Assembly: GCA_026026165.1 (NCBI GenBank)
Contig: JAPEUD010000001.1
Location: 1-64,000, forward strand
Origin: Sarea resinae
Taxonomy: Eukaryota
Direction: 5' to 3'
DNA: 64,000 nt
In this document: positions 25,381 through 38,057 of the stretch, piece after piece
Numbering within the stretch: the first letter of the stretch is position 1
Layout of the letters: each line of letters begins with the position of its first letter
The notes under the pieces: model-generated
Told to the model about the DNA's origin: nothing
What the model saw: the letters and a program-made list of their open reading frames with translations, nothing else
The model's database searches: none
Program-made: the position numbers and the translations under genes

Positions 25381-25515
25381 GACTGCAGGCGGGCTTACTT
25401 GCACTATGTAGACGTTCAACGGTTTTTGTTCAATCTCGACTTTGGGATACCAAGCTTGTCAGATACCAAGGCGGGCTTGTCTGGAGACGTTCGACGATAT
25501 TTGCCAAAACTGTAG
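25381..25515. repeat. Two degenerate ~75-bp units of a repeat family also present near 52.2-52.8 kb
   Basis: ggcgggctt...agacgttcaacgg tttttgttcaa (core at 25410) and ggcgggcttgtctggagacgttcgacgatatttgccaaaa (core at 25485). Confidence 0.65.
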
Positions 25516-25825
25516 CAGACCTTGACCAGCCCGAATGCGACTCATGTGCTTCCAGGTCGAGCCTAGATATCATCTCATGTGATATGACTACTGACGATCC
25601 GTATCAGCGCAGACGCCTCGGTCAGGGAAGAATGACACGGCATCTGTCAGATAGGAAAGGCAAAGGCTTGACAAGAAAAAGAGCAACTGATGTCATTAAT
25701 GCAATCCCTTCCTCTCTGGTTTCTCATATCATCTGTCAAGCATGAAGCAAATCCTACGCCCATGAACAGCAGCCGGCGAACGTAAACGTAAATGGCAACG
25801 CAGACCCACGCAATACATGATTTAA

Positions 25826-28800
25826 TCATCCTGCCGCCGGCATTCTCTCCAGAACATCTAGCAGCAACTCTCGCGGATCCTCGCCACCGCCGCCTCCTTG
25901 ACCATCATCAGCCACTGTCAGATCGGGGTCCAGAATGTCTTTCTCAAGGAATCGGCGGGCGATAATTTCCTGTTCTCATGTGGATTGGTTAGCGCTAGAC
26001 ACTCGGTATCAACGATGAGGAACATGTGGAAGTGCTGGGGCTGCTGGGATACAAAAGGACTAACAGCTTCTTTCAATTCGGCGGCTTCGGTAGGTGCTAG
26101 ACTTGAGCAAGCGGCGACGAGGTCCTCACCCTGCGCCGAGAGTAGGATAAGCTGCTCAGCTCGATTAACGACTACTGGGTCGACGCCGTTGAGGGCTGCA
26201 CAGCTGACGAGAAGATGAGCGACCGGACGAAAAGGTGGTCTTAACGCCCGGAATGGATGAGGAGCTCGCTCACCTAGTACCAAAGCTGGCTCTGCTACGA
26301 CCGAGTCGGAAGCTTTCGAGTGGTCAGACATGTATTCAGCGTATATAGGGAAACTATACTTGTATAGATAGACGATTTGGTTCTCGAGCTGTTCAGCTTC
26401 GACGTCGACTTGCACTTCCATGTGGCCGAATTGGAGATGTGATCGTGGCTGGAGAAAGCCGTTCTCAAAGATTTCTAATCATCGTCAGCATCATCGAGAA
26501 CAGCTGCTGATCCCACTGGGTTTCTGGCCATGGAAGTGGGTTGCCCCTAGAACTTTTGGCCCTTCCACCCCAAGACCTAAAAGGTGCTCAAAGACGCCAC
26601 AGGCTAGACCTGCTCCATCTTTATATGTGAGTCTGAAGAGCTTGGTAAGGTGAACCTGTCGACCTACCGTTTGCATCAGTCCTCGTTCCAAATTCATCAA
26701 TGATAACCAGACTCCTCCGCGTAGCCATGGACAACGCAAAAGCGACTTGCTGAAGGTCAATCATGAAAGCGCTTTGAACCTATCCAATAAGCCAAGCGAC
26801 AGACTCAATGCGGCAGCTATGGACTACCTTTGAGATGGTTTCACGGGTTGCGATACGCGTGAGAATCTTATCCGTCAGGCCTATCTCGGCACTCTCTGCG
26901 GGAACAAAGCTTGGAATATCAGATGAAATTCGGGCCTTTGACTCATGGGATCATCTACCTTCCTATGTGAGCTAAATATACAATCAGAGCGACCTGAGAA
27001 CACTCTCAGTCAGCCATCATATCGAGAGATCAGACAAGCACGAGTACCTGCTTGAGATATACGCTCTTCCCAGAATAGTTTGGACCCGTCATGATCAGCA
27101 CACTAGGATCGTCGATATTTGATTCATGACTGTCGCCTCTTGATCTCTGGCTAGGACGCCGGCTCTCAAGGCCTTCTTGTAAGGAGTCAGGCTCTCCGGG
27201 ACCTCCAACCAATAATGTATCATTTGGGACGTAGGTTGGGACGGTCAGCTCTTGTAACAGATGGCTAGTCTTGTCAGACGGAGGATAACGTTTTAAATAT
27301 ACTAAAAACCCACCGGCCGCTTTTGATGCGTATGATGTTGTCCTGGGTCATTTGTGGCCGACTTAATTTGTGAAGCTTCGCCCCCTGAGCAAGGGCTAGG
27401 AGGCTATCAAGGAAGTCAGATTCTGTGTAGATCCTACCACCAGGCCACCCACCTGTCTAATTCCCCGCACAAATCTGATGCCGTGTTTAGCAGGTCCTCG
27501 TATTCTAACACGCTTTGAGCGAGCTCGTATATGATTTCTATTTCGCGGTCTGCTCGGAGTAAGAAGCTGCCAAAACAAGTACTCAGTATACACACCGCAG
27601 ATCAGCCCATACATATCTCCGAAATGGGCATCCATCTCCAACATGTTATCATTTTTATAGTAAGCCTGAAGCTCAGATGTAAACATCTTCTCCCAGGGTT
27701 CCTGGCCGTTCATGCCGCCTGCATACATGGCCTTTCCAGATTCTGGATCGAGCGGGACGGTAATAAGGAATCCGAGCTGAGGGAAGAAAACGACATTGAG
27801 AGGGACAGAGACATCGTCTGGAAGCGCTTGAGCGAGAGAGCGGACGACTGATGTCAAAATGCCTTCGATGCCGTCATAAGTATGTTTGATCTCGTCTAGT
27901 TTCTCATCCACGCCCCGTTTAACGACTGTTCGGTGCTGCTCAATGGATGCTTCAAAATCAACCACATCGCTGATGATCTGTCCAACCCGATTAATGGCAC
28001 GTCGGTCGAATGCCTGGAAGACATTGGCCGCTATGGGTAGTCTTTCGACTCTGATGACTTTACTCAGACCGTCTCTGATCCTTAGGGCATGAAATGTGAA
28101 ATCGCGAAGAATACGCCAAACGCCGTTTTTGATACCGGCCCCGGCAGTAGACCCTCCTTTCAGACCCTTACGTAACTGGATCATTACCGGCCGAATATTT
28201 TTGACATACTTCAAGCTGTTGACCAAGGTCTGGGATAAAGACTCATTGTCCGGAAGCGTAAATATAGAGATCGTATCCAGGCGCTCATTGATCAGAGTCA
28301 GGTCCAGGCTGGGGCGTAGGAAATACTGTCTTAAGCGTGCTCTACCTTGAGGCGTACGCGCTAGATGATGGAAGAGACCGTACACAGAGAGCCCTTCTTT
28401 GGCACCAGACGTCCTGGAAGGGCCTTGATTGTGCGAATGCGGATGGGATTCAGACTGTAAGATTTGCAATGAAGCAAGAGTATCAGCATTGATGAACCTA
28501 GACCTTCTCATTAGCAGACAATTAGAGTAAAGCTGGGTTTCAGACATGCATCATATTTTTCAAGCTGAACATTTCAACAATCGATATAGGAAATGCATGG
28601 CTAGCCGCATCATCTCGAGGAAGAAAGTCTACTGCTCTTCTCCTCTGAAGGTATGTGAGGATGGCACCAGCGCAACCAATCTATAGCCGCGATTAGAATA
28701 CAAGCGTTACTGTCTTGCCACACTTAGAACATACTGAGATTCGACTCTCTAGATCGATCAAGCCGGACAGCCTCAGGAATTTCCCCTGGCGAACTCCGCT

Positions 28801-29541
28801 CTCTTCGCCAACATCATCATGATCAAGCGAGTGAACATTGTCCCCTGGCGTGATGAAGGCGATTTCGGGAGGCTCGGCATTGAAATTGATGCTGATAAGC
28901 TTGCTCTTTGCAGCTTCGTAATTGAATTCAGAAGAAGGTCTAATCTGGAGAAGATAGGGCAATCCGAAACGGTCCAACACAGACTCATCACTATCGGCTG
29001 CTTCTGGGTTGAGACGAGCTTCCATCTCCTCATCGACACGAGTGGAGATTAGAACCACAGTAGGCTCGATGGACAACTTCACTATGAGGGTGTTAAAAGC
29101 GCGTGCCGTCCGACTATATGGGCATGACTCACATTGATCGACAATCTCAACACTTCCCATCTTCATATCATTCATCAAATACAGTTTACCCTCCCGTGCA
29201 ACGTAGTAGCAGCATCCCACCGTGTTCCTATCTCTCAGTTCCACAGCCATAACAACCTCGTTGAGAGAATCATCATCATTATTCTGTTCCTCTCGCGGAT
29301 CACCAAGATCGCCAATTGTACTGGAGGCCGCGGCAGAGCTGCCAGGTCCTGCTTCATTGAACCTATCTGATCTCTGGTCTTGTCGAGGTCGGTTCGGGGT
29401 GGATGTTTGTGAAGATCGAGGTTGCGATGGACTAGGCTGTGAGGATCGAGGATGTGAAAATCGGGAAGGGTGGTTATGCCGACCCCGGGTTGATGAGGGA
29501 GCTTTATTGACCCTGGATCGAACTGGTCTTTTGAAGGCCAT
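25826..29541 (-). CDS. MSH5: Meiotic MutS homolog 5, multi-exon
   Basis: FINADTLASLQI..ESHP, GAKEGLSVYGLF, Walker A MTGPNYSGKSVYLKQV, LVIIDEFG-type Walker B region, GATHFH, TVGCCYY N-terminal segment. Confidence 0.9.
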
Positions 29542-29930
29542 AGTGGCGCAGATGACTGGAGAAAAGCGAACAGTGGAAACATCAAATGGAAATGCGATGT
29601 TGAAATTGAAACTCGCAACAGCGACGAATAAATCGCGGTGGGATATCAGTGGTTGAATCATCCAAAGTTGGAGACAAGAATTGAGTGGAAAAGATATCGC
29701 CTACAAAGCTATCCAACATAACATATTATTATACAAGCACTAATGCCTCCTACCGATATTCTAGATAGAACGCCTTTCGATGCATCCAACACCACCTACC
29801 TACCTAATAGGTAGGGCGTATTTGTACAGCCAATGTGATCTGTAGTCGCTAAAATGACAAGAACGATAGATAACCCCCCGCAAATGACGAAAACGGGACG
29901 ACTCGGATTGCCAGATCATGGCATGCATGA

Positions 29931-32321
29931 TCAAGCAGTGCCCGTGGTGACCTCTAATCCTTCGCCGCCCTCTTTAATCGTCACAACGGCAGTCTCGCCT
30001 CCCTTGATTTCGCCTCTGATAATCTTGTCGGCAAGGCCGTTGCCAACTTGCTTAGCGATTAGCCGGTTCAGCGGACGAGCTCCGAATCGTGGATCATAGC
30101 CTCGCTCGCAGAGCCATTCCTTCACGTCGTCCTCAACCTTGAGCGTGATACGGCGATCATCGAGACGACTTTGCAATTCCCGTAATCGAATATCTACGAT
30201 ATCTCGCAAGGCCGATCGCGAAAGTCGCCGGAAGATGATGAACTCGTCGATTCGGTTGAGGAACTCGGGTGGATAATTTGCGCTCACGACATCCATGACC
30301 GCCTTCTTAATAGTCGGAGATATCTCGCCTTCTTCGTTCTCTTTGTAAGAGTGGAGAGGATCATCACCGACCAGAATATCAGCGCCGAGATTCGAAGTCA
30401 GTACGATGAGCGTGTTGCGAAAGTCGATCTTATGGCCTTGAGCGTCCGTCAAGAATCCCTCGTCGAGCACCTGCAGCAACAATGCCGAGATATCCCGATG
30501 GGCTTTTTCGAACTCATCAAAGAGCAAAACCGCGTAGGGTTTTCGTCGAACAGCCTCTGTAAGCTGACCGGCATCATCATAGCCGACGTAGCCAGCAGGA
30601 CTTCCAATAAGCCTGCTTACAGTATGCTTCTCCTGGAACTCGCTCATGTCGAATCTCACAACTGCGGTCTCAGTAGAGAACAAGAAATTTGCCATCTTCT
30701 TGCACAGCTCGGTCTTACCAACACCGGTTGGTCCCAAGAACATGAAGCTCGCGAGAGGTCGGTTCTCACCGCTGAGACCTGCTCTCTGCATACGGACCGC
30801 ATTGGCTACGGCCGTCAAAGCTTCATCTTGCCCGCGGATAGACTGCCGTAGGGTGTCTTCCATGTGAACTAGCTTCTCAACCTCACCGGCCATGAGTTTA
30901 GTCACGGGGATCCCGGTTGTGCGAGAGACGACATTGGCGATGTCGTCAGAAGTCACAGAGTCGTGTAGGAGGGTCTGCCCAGACTCTCCTTCGGAAGTAC
31001 CGGCTAATTCCGCATCTTTGGGCAACTTTTCTTCCAAGGCAGGAATTGTAGAGTACCTTAGTTCGCTAGCTTTCGCAAAGTTGCCCTCTCGTTGAGCTTG
31101 CTCCAATTCCGTTCTGGCCTTTTCAAGATTTTCCTTGGTAGTCTTGATGGTGTCAATTTCTGCTCTTTCCTTATCCCATTTCTCTGTAAGCTCTGCCACT
31201 TCTTTCTGCTTTGTCTTGAGGGTGTCCTCGAGCTTCTGGCGTCGCTCCTTGCTTGCAACGTCCGTCTCCTTGCGTAGCGATTCCAATTCGATCTGGATGG
31301 TCATGATTTGACGGTCGAGCTCCTGTATGGCATCTGGCTTGCTCTCTTGCTGTAATCTTAGAGCACTCGCAGCTTCGTCGACGAGGTCAATGGCCTTGTC
31401 AGGAAGGAAACGGTCGGTAATATAGCGGTTACTGTAAGTTGCGGCGGCGACAAGAGCGCCATCTGTAATCCTGACACCATGATGTACTTCGTAGCGATCT
31501 TTGATTCCTCGCAAGATAGAGATGGTATCCTGGACCGTGGGCTCTCCGACTTGGATGGGTTGGAATCGTCGAGCGAGAGCGACATCTTTTTCGATCAGTC
31601 GATATTCGGCCAAAGTAGTAGCACCGCAGCATTGCAATTCTCCTCGAGATAAAGCAGGCTTTAGCAGATTACTTGCGTCAATGCTCCCTTCTGCTTTTCC
31701 GAGGCCAAGCAAGGTGTGTAGTTCGTCAACGAAGAGTATGACACCGCCATGAGCCTCCTCAACTTCCTTCAACACTTTCTTCAGCCGCTCCTCAAAGTCA
31801 CCTCTGAACTTTGCGCCAGCAATGAGCTGACCAAGGTCCAACGAGATGACCCGCTTATGTTTGATGCTTTCCGGCACATCTCCTTTGACAATCCTCTGCG
31901 CCAGACCCTCAAGGATGGCGGTCTTTCCTGTGCCCGCTGCACCTATGAGTACAGGGTTGTTTTTCGTCCTTCTGGAAAGGATCTGAATTGTGCGGTGTAT
32001 TTCTGCATCCCTGCCAATTACAGGATCCAATTTCCCATCCTTTGCGCGGGCCGTTAGATCAACGCCATATTCCTCAAGCGCAGATTTCTCCGGCTCGCCA
32101 CCGAGGTTCATGCGATGAGTACCACCGGGTGGATGAGGTCTTCCATTTGCGTAATTCCGTGCATGGGATAGTATTGGTATTAACGCTGGTCTTAATATTT
32201 GCGGCCTCGTCTGCGATATTGTGAGTGGTGAAAGCCTTGGGCGCGTTCGTGGAAGGGTATTGGCCTTTGGCAAGACGGTGGAGACGCGCCTTGGGACAAG
32301 TCGGGTTCTTAAAGGTAGCAT
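29931..32321 (-). CDS. HSP78: Mitochondrial ClpB-family disaggregase Hsp78 (intronless)
   Basis: Arg-rich presequence, no Clp N-domain, two AAA+ modules ([16 protein letters not shown]), [18 protein letters not shown]. Confidence 0.95.
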   Translation of the reverse strand: MLPLRTRLVPRRVSTVLPKANTLPRTRPRLSPLTISQTRPQILRPALIPILSHARNYANGRPHPPGGTHRMNLGGEPEKSALEEYGVDLTARAKDGKLDPVIGRDAEIHRTIQILSRRTKNNPVLIGAAGTGKTAILEGLAQRIVKGDVPESIKHKRVISLDLGQLIAGAKFRGDFEERLKKVLKEVEEAHGGVILFVDELHTLLGLGKAEGSIDASNLLKPALSRGELQCCGATTLAEYRLIEKDVALARRFQPIQVGEPTVQDTISILRGIKDRYEVHHGVRITDGALVAAATYSNRYITDRFLPDKAIDLVDEAASALRLQQESKPDAIQELDRQIMTIQIELESLRKETDVASKERRQKLEDTLKTKQKEVAELTEKWDKERAEIDTIKTTKENLEKARTELEQAQREGNFAKASELRYSTIPALEEKLPKDAELAGTSEGESGQTLLHDSVTSDDIANVVSRTTGIPVTKLMAGEVEKLVHMEDTLRQSIRGQDEALTAVANAVRMQRAGLSGENRPLASFMFLGPTGVGKTELCKKMANFLFSTETAVVRFDMSEFQEKHTVSRLIGSPAGYVGYDDAGQLTEAVRRKPYAVLLFDEFEKAHRDISALLLQVLDEGFLTDAQGHKIDFRNTLIVLTSNLGADILVGDDPLHSYKENEEGEISPTIKKAVMDVVSANYPPEFLNRIDEFIIFRRLSRSALRDIVDIRLRELQSRLDDRRITLKVEDDVKEWLCERGYDPRFGARPLNRLIAKQVGNGLADKIIRGEIKGGETAVVTIKEGGEGLEVTTGTA

Positions 32322-32774
32322 TCTGGAAAGGTCATTTGATGCGATGATTATGTTGATACAGAAAGGGAGGGAGCATAGACTGAGGCATGAATAGTCATTA
32401 ATATACAGGGTGCTAGTCACGCTATGAAGTGAAAGCTCGTCGACTATTGATATTTCTCTTATATTCTGGAAGCATCGCGACGTCGCGAAAAACGTCCATG
32501 GATCTGGATCTGTACGGTATACTATAGAAGCCTCTAGCGTAAGACCCGCCCAGAAACGAGTACGGTGGCCAAAGGAACAAGATATGATTGAACTTGAATT
32601 TCATCCTCGTCTCACGTGTTTCGGCCTTTCCCACCACGGTTAGGCTTTTGACACATTTTCCGCTTCTCGACACAACAGCCCAATTCCCCCATCTTCAACC
32701 TTCAACTCTGCCACTTTCTCTCCCATTCCTTTCCCTCACGCTTTCACATATTCACTACTCAGTCTTTCTTCAAG

Positions 32775-33859
32775 ATGGGTTTCACCGACTTCGTCTCGGA
32801 CTCCGGTCTCACTCGTAAGTCTCTTACGGTGCGATGGCCACGGCCTGCATGCGCCGCAAAGCGATTGTTCGCTTTCATGCTTCTGCGCACTGGCTGACCT
32901 CTTTCAGTCCTCAACAACTGGTTGAAGACGAGAAGCTACATCGTTGGGTAAGTCAATCCTTTATGTTCTTTGTTCCCGCAATCTACATGATGAAAATAAT
33001 TTGGTCCGTGTTGATGAGGCGGCTTAAGACCCCGCCGAGTGACTACATCCAAAGCTTTTAGCACTTCTGATTGATCCGTTTTTTTTACCTTACTGCGCAA
33101 TTGTATAGTATGGTTCACTGTGCATTTCTGACGATTTGTATAGCTATCACCCTTCCCAAGCCGACGTTGTCAGCTTCAAGGCCGTCAAGGAGGCTCCTAA
33201 CCCAGCAACCTTCCCCCACGCTTTCCGCTGGTACAGACACATCGCCTCCTACGAGTCCGAATTCTCCTCCCTTCCTGGTGACCCATCCAAGGAGTACACT
33301 GCTTATGGCCCTGAGGTCAACGAGCTCACCATCAACCCAGCTAAGGCACCTGAGAAGGAGGAGGATGACGATGATGTCGACCTCTTTGGCAGTGACGAGG
33401 AAGAGGAGGACCCAGAGGCTGTGAGAGTTCGAGAGGAGCGTCTGGCCGAGTACCGAAAGAAGAAGGAGGGCAAGGCCAAGCCTGCAGCCAAATCTATTGT
33501 GACACTTGATGTTAAGCCATGGGGTAGGTCATCTCAATTCAAAACAAATTAAATTACAGGGCTGACGAGTTTAGACGATGAAACGGATATGAAAGAGCTA
33601 GAAGCTAACGTACGCGCTATCGAACAAGAGGGTCTCGTCTGGGGTGGTTCGAAGCTGGTGGCAGTTGGTTTCGGAATCAAGAAGCTCCAAATCAATCTGG
33701 TCGTCGAGGACGACAAGGTCTCCACCGACGATCTCCAGCAGAAGATCGAGGAGGACGAAGACCATGTCCAGTCCACGGATGTTGTAAGTCAAAGAATATT
33801 CATTCTTCTGTCACACAGCAGCTGACAGATCTATTCAGGCCGCCATGCAAAAGCTGTAG
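32775..33859 (+). CDS. EFB1: Translation elongation factor 1-beta (5 exons)
   Basis: [67 protein letters not shown]. Confidence 0.97.
32983..33075 (+). ncRNA. SNR18: Intronic box C/D snoRNA, snR18/U18 family
   Basis: Lies in EFB1 intron 2. Box C ATGATGA (32987-32993); guide TTGGTCCGTGTT (33001-33012), complementary to conserved LSU rRNA AACACGGACCAA; D' ATGA; internal GGCGG/CCGCC stem; box D CTGA (33067-33070). Yeast snR18 is also encoded in the EFB1 intron. Confidence 0.88.
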
Positions 33860-34352
33860 ACGGGTGTATGCGGAATTTGTCTTTTATCTCGACGATCTCT
33901 TAATTTGTCTGGAAGTTTGCATGCGCAAAACGCGATGGATATTCTCATGAAGTGATGTTATGTGATGCCAGGGGCTTGCGAGTGCATGATGATGACTTAT
34001 TGAACTATAGAAAAGTCTATCTGCTCTCCGAAATATGAAACCATTATTGTGACCCGAGTAGCATATATGTGCAATCTGTAGATGAGAACAAGAGGAAGGG
34101 GCAGTTTCAGGATCATTAGAGCAGCCCCAGTTGAAGGCCCATGGATATTTGAACTCTAGCTGGACGGATTTTACAAGATCCTGCTACGGCAGCCGACGGA
34201 GGCCAAACCCACCACACTCACATCCGCAGAGAATCCATCACTTAACAAATCTACAGCTATCAGCAGTAAGGACAGGAGGAGCACACGAATCGCTCACAGG
34301 TTCCTCTCCCTGCCAAATTCAAGTTTCCATCACCTCTACTCCATATAAGAAG

Positions 34353-35009
34353 ATGGCGTTCTCATCTACCATCCTCAATATCGTGGGCATCGTCCTACTC
34401 GCACACGCGTAAGTCGTACCAGCGCACCCAGCTAGCTCAGTTGTATATGATATCGAGACGTCAAATGCATTCTGCCCCCTCGCATCCTCACATATCCCTC
34501 ATTCTTAGTCGTATTTCTAGATAAAAATCTAACCTCAAAGTTGTGTAGTGTCTACTCCGCCAACGAACATAATCGTCTTTCTAAAGTGCCCACCACACTG
34601 ATTCCCTCGCTCTCCTCCCCTTCCTCCACCAGCACTTCTACACCAACAATCGATCTCCCGCTCGACATCACGCTCGAAACCCTGCTTTCCGTGGTCCTGA
34701 TCAGCACGGGACTGGTATTGGGCGCTCCTGCTTTGAAACCGATTTCGTGGCGGGTATGGGCGGGACGGATTGAAAGGGAGGGTAGGAAGGCGAATTCGGG
34801 ACAGGCTGTTGCAAGGAATCCATACATGGAACTGGAGTCCAGGAGAGGGTTCTTGGATGTTAGGGTACGTGTGTCACATTTCCTTGCGGGGTTCTCACTC
34901 GGCGTCTGAGAAGAGCAGGGCGATAGGCTGACATGATATGCGGATATAGGCACAACGACGAGATTTCGCGGATTGGGTCCGAACGGGTGGGGGTGCAGGA
35001 GGAAAATGA
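34353..35009 (+). CDS. EMC5: ER membrane protein complex subunit 5 / MMgT family (3 exons)
   Basis: GIVLLAHAVYSANEH, LPLDITLETL, LKPISWRVWAG, LESRRGFLDVRAQRRDFADW. Confidence 0.85.
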
Positions 35010-35759
35010 TCCAGCATGATCAACTGCTTGCTTGCTTCTGTGTTCATAGCCGTGGTATTGATAGGGATTGTACCCTTGTATGTCTGTGGAAAGGGGAGCG
35101 CTCTTGTAACCCGTCTACCTGCTTCAAACAACATCACTGAATTTGCAGATTGGCCGAAGCACTGTCACTTTGTCTATTGAGATGACACTTTTCCACATAC
35201 AGATTTCTTCTCCTCTTTGACCTTTTATTCTATCCTTTCGCGGAGAAAATACCGTTATCGTCCTGGGGACTTGAAATATACAGACCCTAGCGAGACGTAT
35301 CTGGCTTCCCGGACCATCAAGCCGAGGATACTGAAATGAAATGAAACTGGAAAGTTATCCAAGCTTCTTTCCTTTGCTTGACTTGACGAAACAGTTTCCA
35401 GGAACTCCCCGACGCCCCTTCACGCCGTAGAGTAGGTAGCGGTCGTTTCATATTTCTAGAGTTCCTCTCATCAATTGAGGCGGATAATCTGTGATCAAGT
35501 TGCCCGTATTGTATATATCCATGATTTCTATTGAGCTCTAGGTGATATCTCCGTTGTGTAAGCTGTAATCCAGAGAGTCTTTTGGCGCGTAGGCATGAAC
35601 TGCGCGAATGGTTTTCTTGACCACTTCTACTAGACTACATGGAGTGCGCGACTAGTAGTACCGGCCCACTGTAAACTTTTATTTTCAACCTTCCCTGCCA
35701 GGACTACGAGAACCTCTCGAGTAAGTCTTGCAACCAAAGTATCCACCAAGATCTGGAAT

Positions 35760-38057
35760 ATGGCTCCCCAACGCAAAAAACAGAGACTCTCGACGGATGG
35801 CGGCGCTGAAGATGCTGTTCTTGTCAAGGATAGCGACGATCTGAAAGAAACGTCTCATGGCGACAGCCTTCCGCACAAGTCCCAGCCGTCCAAAAAGTCG
35901 CTATTTGTGCGCTCACTGCCAGAAACTGCCACAAATGACAGCCTTACCGAGCTATTCTCACAATCATATCCTCTCAAGCATGCTACAGTCGTTGTAGATC
36001 CTGCTACCAAGAAATGCAAGGGTTATGGGTTCGTTTCGTTTGCCGACGCCGAGGACGCGCAACATGCCAGAGAAGAATTCGATGGCTCTATGTTTGAGGG
36101 TCGCAAGATCAGAGTTGAGATTGCCGAGCCTCGAAATCGGGACAAGACGGCAAATGGTGGAAAAGAAGCTGAGCCCTCGGCTGTCGCGAAGGCCAAGGTG
36201 GAGCGTGAGAAGCAGCAGGCAGAAGCAAGACAACCTCCAAAACTGATCGTTCGAAACCTTCCGTGGAGCATCAAGACGCCTGAACAGCTTTCGGTGCTCT
36301 TCAGAAGCTACGGAAAAGTCAAGCATGCAACACTGCCAGCAAAGAAGCCTGGTTTGCTTGCCGGCTTTGGTTTCATCGTTATGAGGGGTAGGAAGAATGC
36401 GGAGAAGGCCTTGGAGGGTGTCAATGGGAAGGAAATTGATGGTAGAACAATCGCGGTCGACTGGGCAGTCGAAAAGGAAGTTTGGCAGTCAACCCAAAGC
36501 AAGGAAGACTCTACTGGCCAAGACGTCGATGCAATCAAGACTGAGGACGAGCTCGACGGTGCGGCTTCTAGCGATGTAGATCGCCTGGATCAAGAGGATT
36601 CTGATTTAGCCATGTCGGATGCAGACAGCGACATGGATGACGAAGATTTTGAGGACGATTACGATGATGAAGATGATGAAGAAGAGGGACCGGCGCCTGC
36701 CAAAACAAATGACAACTCGTCCACCCTTTTCATACGCAACCTACCGTTCACTGTCACGGATGAGTCTTTGAAGGACCACTTTACTCAATTCGGAGCTGTC
36801 CGTTATGCCAGGATTGTCATGGATTACGAAACCGAGCGACCGAGGGGCACTGGATTTGTCTGTTTCTTCGAAGAGTCGGACGCACTATCTTGCCTTCGAA
36901 ATGCTCCCAAAAATCAGCGACCGGTGCCGCACGCTGGTGGTGGTGGTCATAAGGGCGACAAGGCAAGCTTGTTAGTCAAGCACTCCGTCCTCGAGAATGA
37001 AAGCGTTGACCCATCTGGACGATACACTATGGAGGGACGAGTTTTGCATATCACTCGGGCCGTCGATCGAAATGAAGCGGCAAGGTTGACTGAAGAAGGG
37101 GTCACTAATCGAGAGCGACGGGATACGGATAAGCGTCATCTATATCTTCTCTCTGAAGGAACAGTCCCTACAAATTCGCCCTTGTACCAAATGCTTTCAC
37201 CGTCCGAAATCAAGATGCGTGAGGCCAGCGCGCAACAGCGCAAAACATTCATTCAGAAGAACCCAACACTGCACTTGAGTTTGACGCGGCTGTCTATTCG
37301 CAACATTCCTCGCAACATTACCTCAAAAGAGCTCAAGGCTCTGGCACGAGAAGCAGTCGTAGGCTTCGCGAGCCAGGTTAAGCAGGGTATTCGCAAGCAG
37401 CTCTCTAAGGAGGAACAAGAGAGAGGAGGGGAAGAGATGAAGGAGGCCGAAAGACTCAGAAAGGAGAAGGGAAAGGGTATCGTGAAGCAAGCGAAGATAG
37501 TGTTTGAGGGAGGAGATGGAAGCAAGGTCTCGGAAGGAACGGGCGCCGGGAGAAGTAGAGGATATGGTTTCATCGAATACACGTCACACCGTTGGGCGTT
37601 GATGGGCTTGAGATGGCTTAACGGACATGCGATTAGCTACCAAGCGAGGGAGGGCGGAAAGCCGGCGTCAAAAGAAGAGATGCAAGAGCGGAAGAAGCGG
37701 CTGATTGTTGAGTTTGCCATTGAGAATGCCCAGGTGATGGCACGGAGGAAGGAAAATGAACAAAAGGCTCGCGAGCGATCCAAGGCAGTAGCGGAGAAAA
37801 GAGAGAAGGGCGAGCTTCCTGCGGGTAAGAAAGCGCTTGGCAAGGACACGGTCATGGCCAGACAGAGAAAAGGCATGAAAAGGAAACGGGGAGACGACGA
37901 AGGAAACGGCAAGGGCGCGGTGAAAGGCAAGAGTAAGCCTGCTGACGGTGCCACCGTCGAACGGACGGCCGAGCAAGAGAAGAATTCCAAGAGACAGAAG
38001 ATCATCCAGAAGAAGAGGATGGTAAGGCGCGCGAGGAAGAAAGGAGGGAAAGCTTGA
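35760..38057 (+). CDS. NOP4: Nucleolar multi-RRM protein Nop4/RBM28
   Basis: Four RRMs (KGYGFVSF, LIVRNLPW, RGTGFVCF, RGYGFIEY), acidic linker, RLIVEFAIEN, basic tail. Confidence 0.94.
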   Translation: MAPQRKKQRLSTDGGAEDAVLVKDSDDLKETSHGDSLPHKSQPSKKSLFVRSLPETATNDSLTELFSQSYPLKHATVVVDPATKKCKGYGFVSFADAEDAQHAREEFDGSMFEGRKIRVEIAEPRNRDKTANGGKEAEPSAVAKAKVEREKQQAEARQPPKLIVRNLPWSIKTPEQLSVLFRSYGKVKHATLPAKKPGLLAGFGFIVMRGRKNAEKALEGVNGKEIDGRTIAVDWAVEKEVWQSTQSKEDSTGQDVDAIKTEDELDGAASSDVDRLDQEDSDLAMSDADSDMDDEDFEDDYDDEDDEEEGPAPAKTNDNSSTLFIRNLPFTVTDESLKDHFTQFGAVRYARIVMDYETERPRGTGFVCFFEESDALSCLRNAPKNQRPVPHAGGGGHKGDKASLLVKHSVLENESVDPSGRYTMEGRVLHITRAVDRNEAARLTEEGVTNRERRDTDKRHLYLLSEGTVPTNSPLYQMLSPSEIKMREASAQQRKTFIQKNPTLHLSLTRLSIRNIPRNITSKELKALAREAVVGFASQVKQGIRKQLSKEEQERGGEEMKEAERLRKEKGKGIVKQAKIVFEGGDGSKVSEGTGAGRSRGYGFIEYTSHRWALMGLRWLNGHAISYQAREGGKPASKEEMQERKKRLIVEFAIENAQVMARRKENEQKARERSKAVAEKREKGELPAGKKALGKDTVMARQRKGMKRKRGDDEGNGKGAVKGKSKPADGATVERTAEQEKNSKRQKIIQKKRMVRRARKKGGKA

